From a virus (lineage: Duplodnaviria; Heunggongvirae; Uroviricota; Caudoviricetes): a DNA stretch of 19,638 nt. Below the pieces are notes generated by a model, which ran no database searches, had not been told where the DNA came from, and saw only the letters and a program-made list of their open reading frames with translations. Positions 14,046-19,638 of this stretch are shown piece by piece. The stretch covers positions 1 to 19,638 of IMG/VR virus record IMGVR_UViG_2695420718_000005; one strand, 5' to 3'. The number at the start of each line of letters is the position of its first letter. The first letter of the stretch is position 1. Both the position numbers and the translations under genes were made by a program.

Positions 14046-17000
14046 ACCTGTAGGCGATCTGGTCGTTGATTTGAGTCTGGATGCGGCCAGATTTGACGAG
14101 CAGATGGCCAGAGTCAGGCGTCATTTTTCCGGTACGGAAAGTGATGCGAAAAGAACAGCGGCAGTCGTTGAACAGTCGCTGAGCCGACAGGCGCTGGCTG
14201 CACAGAAAGCGGGGATTTCCGTCGGGCAGTATAAAGCCGCCATGCGTATGCTGCCTGCACAGTTCACCGACGTGGCCACGCAGCTTGCAGGCGGGCAAAG
14301 TCCGTGGCTGATCCTGCTGCAACAGGGGGGGCAGGTGAAGGACTCCTTCGGCGGGATGATCCCCATGTTCAGGGGGCTTGCCGGTGCGATCACCCTGCCG
14401 ATGGTGGGGGCCACCTCGCTGGCGGTGGCGACCGGTGCGCTGGCGTATGCCTGGTATCAGGGCAACTCAACCCTGTCCGATTTCAACAAAACGCTGGTCC
14501 TTTCCGGTCATCAGTCGGGTCTGACGGCAGATCGTATGCTGGTCCTGTCCAGAGCCGGGCAGGCGGCAGGGCTGACGTTTAACCAGACCAGCGAGTCACT
14601 CAGCGCACTGGTTAAGGCGGGGGTAAGCGGTGAGGCTCAGATTGCGTCCATCAGCCAGAGTGTGGCGCGTTTCTCCTCTGCATCCGGCGTGGAGGTGGAC
14701 AAGGTCGCTGAAGCCTTCGGGAAGCTGACCACAGACCCGACGTCGGGGCTGACGGCGATGGCACGCCAGTTCCATAACGTGACGGCGGAGCAGATTGCGT
14801 ATGTTGCTCAGTTGCAGCGTTCCGGCGATGAAGCCGGGGCATTGCAGGCGGCGAACGAGGCCGCAACGAAAGGGTTTGATGACCAGACCCGCCGCCTGAA
14901 AGAGAACATGGGCACGCTGGAGACCTGGGCAGACAGGACTGCGCGGGCATTCAAATCCATGTGGGATGCGGTGCTGGATATTGGTCGTCCTGATACCGCG
15001 CAGGAGATGCTGATTAAGGCAGAGGCTGCGTTTAAGAAAGCAGACGACATCTGGAATCTGCGCAAGGATGATTATTTTGTTAACGATGAAGCGCGGGCGC
15101 GTTACTGGGATGATCGTGAAAAGGCCCGTCTTGCGCTTGAAGCCGCCCGAAAGAAGGCTGAGCAGCAGACTCAACAGGACAAAAATGCGCAGCAGCAGAG
15201 CGATACCGAAGCGTCACGGCTGAAATATACCGAAGAGGCGCAGAAGGCTTACGAACGGCTGCAGACACCGCTGGAGAAATATACCGCCCGTCAGGAAGAA
15301 CTGAACAAGGCACTGAAAGACGGGAAAATCCTGCAGGCAGATTACAACACGCTGATGGCGGCGGCGAAAAAGGATTATGAAGCGACGCTGAAAAAGCCGA
15401 AACAGTCCGGCGTGAAAGTGTCTGCGGGCGATCGTCAGGAAGACAGTGCTCATGCTGCCCTGCTGACGCTTCAGGCAGAACTCCGGACGCTGGAGAAGCA
15501 TGCCGGAGCAAATGAGAAAATCAGCCAGCAGCGCCGGGATTTGTGGAAGGCGGAGAGTCAGTTCGCGGTACTGGAGGAGGCGGCGCAACGTCGCCAGCTG
15601 TCTGCACAGGAGAAATCCCTGCTGGCGCATAAAGATGAGACGCTGGAGTACAAACGCCAGCTGGCTGCACTTGGCGACAAGGTTACGTATCAGGAGCGCC
15701 TGAACGCGCTGGCGCAGCAGGCGGATAAATTCGCACAGCAGCAACGGGCAAAACGGGCCGCCATTGATGCGAAAAGCCGGGGGCTGACTGACCGGCAGGC
15801 AGAACGGGAAGCCACGGAACAGCGCCTGAAGGAACAGTATGGCGATAATCCGCTGGCGCTGAATAACATCATGTCAGAGCAGAAAAAGACCTGGGCGGCT
15901 GAAGACCAGCTTCGCGGGAACTGGATGGCAGGCCTGAAGTCCGGCTGGAGTGAGTGGGAAGAGAGCGCCACGGACAGTATGTCGCAGGTAAAAAGTGCAG
16001 CCACGCAGACCTTTGATGGTATTGCACAGAATATGGCGGCGATGCTGACCGGCAGTGAGCAGAACTGGCGCAGCTTCACCCGTTCCGTGCTGTCCATGAT
16101 GACAGAAATTCTGCTTAAGCAGGCAATGGTGGGGATTGTCGGGAGTATCGGCAGCGCCATTGGCGGGGCTGTTGGTGGCGGCGCATCCGCGTCAGGCGGT
16201 ACAGCCATTCAGGCCGCTGCGGCGAAATTCCATTTTGCAACCGGAGGATTTACGGGAACCGGCGGCAAATATGAGCCAGCGGGGATTGTTCACCGTGGTG
16301 AGTTTGTCTTCACGAAGGAGGCAACCAGCCGGATTGGCGTGGGGAATCTTTACCGGCTGATGCGCGGCTATGCCACCGGCGGTTATGTCGGTACACCGGG
16401 CAGCATGGCAGACAGCCGGTCGCAGGCGTCCGGGACGTTTGAGCAGAATAACCATGTGGTGATTAACAAAGGACTGATGGCGATGGCGCGCCAGTTCCGT
16501 AACGTGACGGCAGAGCAGATTGCGTATGTTGCACAGCTGCAGCGTTCCGGAGACGAGGCCGGGGCATTGCAGGCGGCGAACGATATCGCCACGAAAGGCT
16601 TTGATGAGCAGACCCGTCGCCTGAAAGAAAACATGGGAACACTGGAGACCTGGGCGGATAAAACAGGGAAGGCATTCAAATCGATGTGGGATGCCATTCT
16701 GGATATCGGTCGTCCTGAATCCTCAGCGGATATGCTCGCCAGTGCGCAGAAGGCATTTGATGAGGCGGATAAAAAATGGCAGTGGTACCAGAGCCGGAGC
16801 CAGCGCCGGGGAAAGACCTCCTCTTTTCGTGCGAACCTTCAGGGGGCATGGGATGACAGGGAAAATGCCCGTCTGGGTCTGGCAGCGGCCACGCTGCAGT
16901 CGGATATGGAAAAAGCCGGTGAACTGGCGGCAAGGGACCGGGCTGAGCGTGAGGCGTCACAGCTGAAGTATACCGGAGAGGCGCAGAAGGCGTATGAGCG

Positions 17001-18336
17001 CCTGCAGACGCCGCTGGATAAATATACCGCCCGTCAGAAAGAGCTGAATAAGGCCCTGAAAGACGGAAAAATCCTGCAGGCGGATTACAACACGCTGATG
17101 GCGTCGGCAAAAAAGGATTATGAATCGACGCTGAAAAAGCCGTCCGGTGTGAAGGTGTCTGCCGGTGAGCGCCAGGAAGACCGGGCGCATGCAGCCATGC
17201 TGGCGCTTGAAACCGAGCTCAGGACGCTGGAAAAACACAGCGGTGTGAATGAGAAAATCAGCCAGCAGCGCCGGGATTTATGGGAAGCGGAAAATCAGTA
17301 TGTGGTCCTGAAAGAGGCCGCCACGAAACGGCAGTTATCTGAGCAGGAAAAATCCCTGCTGGCTCATGAGAAAGAGACGCTGGAGTACAAACGCCAGCTG
17401 GCTGAGCTGGGAGACAAGATTGAACACCAGAAGCGGCTGAATGAGCTGGCACAGCAGGCGGCGCGGTTTGAACAGCAGCAGAGCGCGAAGCAGGCGGCAA
17501 TCAGCGCAAAAGCCCGCGGCCTCACTGACCGTCAGGCGCAGCGGGAGTCGGAAGAGCAGCGCCTTCGTGAGGTGTACGGTGATAATCCGGCTGCGCTGGC
17601 GAAGGCCACATCTGCACTGAAGAACACCTGGTCTGCGGAGGAGCAGCTTCGTGGAAGCTGGATGGCCGGGATGAAGTCCGGCTGGGGCGAGTGGGCGGAA
17701 AGTGCGACGGACAGTTTTTCGCAGGTTAAAAACGCGGCCACGCAGACCTTTGACGGTATTGCACAGAATATGGCAGCGATGCTGACCGGCAGCGAACAGA
17801 ACTGGCGGGGATTCACCCGTTCGGTGCTCTCCATGCTGACAGAAATTCTGCTTAAGCAGGCAATGGTGGGGATTGTCGGGAGTATCGGCAGCGCCATTGG
17901 CGGGGCTGTTGGTGGCGGCGCATCCGCGTCAGGCGGTACAGCCATTCAGGCCGCTACGGCGAAATTCCATTTTGCAACCGGAGGATTTACGGGAACCGGC
18001 GGCAAATATGAGCCAGCGGGAATTGTTCACCGCGGTGAATTCGTCTTCACGAAGGAGGCAACCAGCCGGATTGGCGTGGGGAATCTCTACCGGCTGATGC
18101 GCGGCTATGCCACCGGCGGTTATGTCGGTACACCGGGCAGCATGGCGGACAGCCGGTCGCAGGCGTCCGGGACGTTTGAGCAGAATAACCATGTGGTGAT
18201 TAACAACGACGGCACGAACGGTCAGATAGGGCCACAGGCACTGAAGGCTGTTTATGACGTAGCCCGTAAGGCGGCAATGGATGTTGTGACCGGGCAGATG
18301 CGCGATGGTGGTCTGTTCTCCGGAGGTGGACGATGA
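14038..18336 (+). CDS. H: Tail tape measure protein H with internal in-frame tandem duplication (1432 aa)
   Basis: N-terminus MAEPVGDLVVDLSLDAARFDEQMARVRRHF... and first ~810 aa match lambda H; a second, diverged copy of the ~575-aa core follows in frame, ending with the H C-terminus ...MRDGGLFSGGGR. Confidence 0.9.
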   Translation: MAEPVGDLVVDLSLDAARFDEQMARVRRHFSGTESDAKRTAAVVEQSLSRQALAAQKAGISVGQYKAAMRMLPAQFTDVATQLAGGQSPWLILLQQGGQVKDSFGGMIPMFRGLAGAITLPMVGATSLAVATGALAYAWYQGNSTLSDFNKTLVLSGHQSGLTADRMLVLSRAGQAAGLTFNQTSESLSALVKAGVSGEAQIASISQSVARFSSASGVEVDKVAEAFGKLTTDPTSGLTAMARQFHNVTAEQIAYVAQLQRSGDEAGALQAANEAATKGFDDQTRRLKENMGTLETWADRTARAFKSMWDAVLDIGRPDTAQEMLIKAEAAFKKADDIWNLRKDDYFVNDEARARYWDDREKARLALEAARKKAEQQTQQDKNAQQQSDTEASRLKYTEEAQKAYERLQTPLEKYTARQEELNKALKDGKILQADYNTLMAAAKKDYEATLKKPKQSGVKVSAGDRQEDSAHAALLTLQAELRTLEKHAGANEKISQQRRDLWKAESQFAVLEEAAQRRQLSAQEKSLLAHKDETLEYKRQLAALGDKVTYQERLNALAQQADKFAQQQRAKRAAIDAKSRGLTDRQAEREATEQRLKEQYGDNPLALNNIMSEQKKTWAAEDQLRGNWMAGLKSGWSEWEESATDSMSQVKSAATQTFDGIAQNMAAMLTGSEQNWRSFTRSVLSMMTEILLKQAMVGIVGSIGSAIGGAVGGGASASGGTAIQAAAAKFHFATGGFTGTGGKYEPAGIVHRGEFVFTKEATSRIGVGNLYRLMRGYATGGYVGTPGSMADSRSQASGTFEQNNHVVINKGLMAMARQFRNVTAEQIAYVAQLQRSGDEAGALQAANDIATKGFDEQTRRLKENMGTLETWADKTGKAFKSMWDAILDIGRPESSADMLASAQKAFDEADKKWQWYQSRSQRRGKTSSFRANLQGAWDDRENARLGLAAATLQSDMEKAGELAARDRAEREASQLKYTGEAQKAYERLQTPLDKYTARQKELNKALKDGKILQADYNTLMASAKKDYESTLKKPSGVKVSAGERQEDRAHAAMLALETELRTLEKHSGVNEKISQQRRDLWEAENQYVVLKEAATKRQLSEQEKSLLAHEKETLEYKRQLAELGDKIEHQKRLNELAQQAARFEQQQSAKQAAISAKARGLTDRQAQRESEEQRLREVYGDNPAALAKATSALKNTWSAEEQLRGSWMAGMKSGWGEWAESATDSFSQVKNAATQTFDGIAQNMAAMLTGSEQNWRGFTRSVLSMLTEILLKQAMVGIVGSIGSAIGGAVGGGASASGGTAIQAATAKFHFATGGFTGTGGKYEPAGIVHRGEFVFTKEATSRIGVGNLYRLMRGYATGGYVGTPGSMADSRSQASGTFEQNNHVVINNDGTNGQIGPQALKAVYDVARKAAMDVVTGQMRDGGLFSGGGR
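14747..16471 (+). repeat. Tandem duplication copy 1 inside H (lambda-like allele)
   Basis: Begins ...LTAMARQFHNVTAEQIAYVAQLQRSGDEAGALQAANEAATKGFDD... and ends ...GTFEQNNHVVIN; offset to the copy-2 equivalent positions is 1725 bp (575 codons). Confidence 0.85.
16472..18196 (+). repeat. Tandem duplication copy 2 inside H (diverged allele)
   Basis: Begins ...LMAMARQFRNVTAEQIAYVAQLQRSGDEAGALQAANDIATKGFDE...; contains identical stretches of over 100 nt with copy 1 (e.g. acagaaattctgcttaagcaggcaatggtggggattgtcggg...) interspersed with diverged segments. Confidence 0.85.
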
Positions 18337-18662
18337 AAACCTTCCGCTGGAAAGTGAAACCCGGTATGGATGTGGCTTCGGCCCCTTCTGTAAGAAAGGT
18401 GCGCTTTGGTGATGGTTATTTCCAGCGAGCGCCTGCCGGGCTGAATGCCAACCTGAAAACGTACAGCGTGACGCTTTCTGTCCCCCGTGAGGAGGCCACG
18501 GTACTGGAGTCGTTTCTGGCTGAGCACGGGGGCTGGAAAGCCTTTCTGTGGACGCCGCCTTATGAGTGGCGGCAGATAAAGGTGACCTGCGCAAAATGGT
18601 CGTCGCGGGTCAGTATGCTGCGTGTTGAGTTCAGCGCAGAGTTTGAACAGGTGGTTAACTGA
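18333..18662 (+). CDS. M: Minor tail protein M (109 aa)
   Basis: MKTFRWKVKPGMDVAS... matches lambda M; start overlaps the end of H. Confidence 0.9.
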   Translation: MKTFRWKVKPGMDVASAPSVRKVRFGDGYFQRAPAGLNANLKTYSVTLSVPREEATVLESFLAEHGGWKAFLWTPPYEWRQIKVTCAKWSSRVSMLRVEFSAEFEQVVN

Positions 18663-19360
18663 TGCAGGATATCCGGCAGGAAACACTGAATGAATGCACC
18701 CGTGCGGAGCAGTCGGCCAGCGTGGTGCTCTGGGAAATCGACCTGACAGAGGTCGGTGGAGAACGTTATTTTTTCTGTAATCAGCAGAACGAAAAAGGTG
18801 AGCCGGTCACCTGGCAGGGGCGACAGTATCAGCCGTATCCCATTCAGGGGAGTGGTTTTGAACTGAATGGCAAAGGCACCAGTACGCGCCCCACGCTGGC
18901 AGTCTCTAACCTGTACGGCATGGTCACCGGGATGGCGGAAGATCTGCAGAGTCTGGTCGGCGGAACGGTGGTCCGGCGTAAGGTTTATGCCCGTTTTCTG
19001 GATGCAGTGAACTTCGTCAACGGAAACAGCGACGCCGATCCGGAGCAGGAGGTGATCAGCCGCTGGCGCATCGAGCAGTGCAGCGAACTGAGCGCGGTGA
19101 GTGCCTCCTTTGTACTGTCCACGCCGACTGAAACGGATGGCGCTGTTTTTCCGGGTCGTATCATGCTGGCCAACACCTGCACCTGGACCTATCGCGGCGA
19201 TGAGTGCGGTTATCACGGTCCGGCTGTCGCGGATGAATATGACCAGCCGACGTCCGATATCACGAAGGATAAATGCAGCAAATGCCTGAGTGGCTGTAAG
19301 TTCCGCAATAATGTCGGCAACTTTGGCGGCTTCCTTTCCATTAACAAACTTTCGCAGTAA
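18662..19360 (+). CDS. L: Minor tail protein L (232 aa)
   Basis: MQDIRQETLNECTRAEQSASVVLWEIDL... matches lambda L; TGATG overlap with the M stop. Confidence 0.9.
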   Translation: MQDIRQETLNECTRAEQSASVVLWEIDLTEVGGERYFFCNQQNEKGEPVTWQGRQYQPYPIQGSGFELNGKGTSTRPTLAVSNLYGMVTGMAEDLQSLVGGTVVRRKVYARFLDAVNFVNGNSDADPEQEVISRWRIEQCSELSAVSASFVLSTPTETDGAVFPGRIMLANTCTWTYRGDECGYHGPAVADEYDQPTSDITKDKCSKCLSGCKFRNNVGNFGGFLSINKLSQ

Positions 19361-19365
19361 ATCCC

Positions 19366-19638
19366 ATGACAGAGACAGAATCAGCGATTCTGGCGCACGC
19401 CCGGCGATGTGCGCCAGCGGAGTCGTGCGGCTTCGTGGTGAGAACGCCGGAAGGGGAAAGATATTTTCCCTGTGTGAATATCTCCGGTGAGCCGGAGGCG
19501 TATTTCCGTATGGCTCCGGAGGACTGGCTGCAGGCAGAGATGCAGGGTGAGATTGTGGCGCTGGTCCACAGTCACCCCGGTGGTCTGCCCTGGCTGAGTG
19601 AGGCCGACCGGCGGCTGCAGGTGCAGAGTGATTTGCCG
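19366..19638 (+). CDS. K: Tail assembly protein K, 5' partial (runs off the window end)
   Basis: The ATG at 19366 opens a frame encoding MTETESAILAHARRCAPAESCGFVV..., matching the lambda K N-terminus; no stop before the window end. Confidence 0.85.
   Translation, partial: MTETESAILAHARRCAPAESCGFVVRTPEGERYFPCVNISGEPEAYFRMAPEDWLQAEMQGEIVALVHSHPGGLPWLSEADRRLQVQSDLP

Noticed and set aside
14596-19216. Numerous long minus-strand ORFs inside H, M and L (e.g. 14596..15174, 15214..15744, 15690..16208, 16676..17110, 17532..17945, 17929..18594, 18560..19216)
   Set aside because: Antisense to strongly supported lambda tail genes in GC-rich DNA where random ORFs are long; several occur in pairs only because of the H duplication.
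1-19638. tRNA genes, attachment sites, IS elements or transposases
   Set aside because: No tRNA-like cloverleaf candidates, terminal inverted repeats or transposase-like ORFs seen; att sites cannot be identified without the integrase and flanking host sequence.

Overview
Mosaic prophage/satellite locus, probably from an enterobacterial (E. coli-like) chromosome. All homology calls are from reading the translations against remembered lambda, P4 and PICI proteins; nothing was searched or computed. Left ~8 kb is a P4/PICI-type satellite-like module: AlpA-family regulator; an AT-rich divergently transcribed operon of an Arc/RHH-like protein plus a 449-aa unknown protein; a translationally coupled small-gene operon ending in a P4-family primase C-terminal/SF3-helicase gene; an iteron-type origin; an SSB with a DDIPF tail; a diverged lambda-E-like capsid gene and a gpD-like decoration gene in inverted order; and a second AlpA-like HTH gene. 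At ~7.98 kb this abuts a lambda-type cos site (lambda-like cosB, divergent cosN) and an orphan Nu1 terminase small-subunit gene. Lambda head genes A through the 5' part of E are absent and replaced by an AT-rich minus-strand gene. From ~9.87 kb to the window end is a near-canonical lambda structural cluster: 5'-truncated E, FI, FII, Z, U, V, G, G-T frameshift product, H, M, L and the start of K. The tape measure gene H carries an in-frame ~1.7 kb tandem duplication of diverged copies (1432 aa versus 853 aa recalled for lambda H). The best candidates for undescribed biology are the two AT-rich cargo genes (449-aa protein with RHH partner; 301-aa protein), the satellite-borne capsid/decoration pair next to a cos site, and the duplicated tape measure gene.
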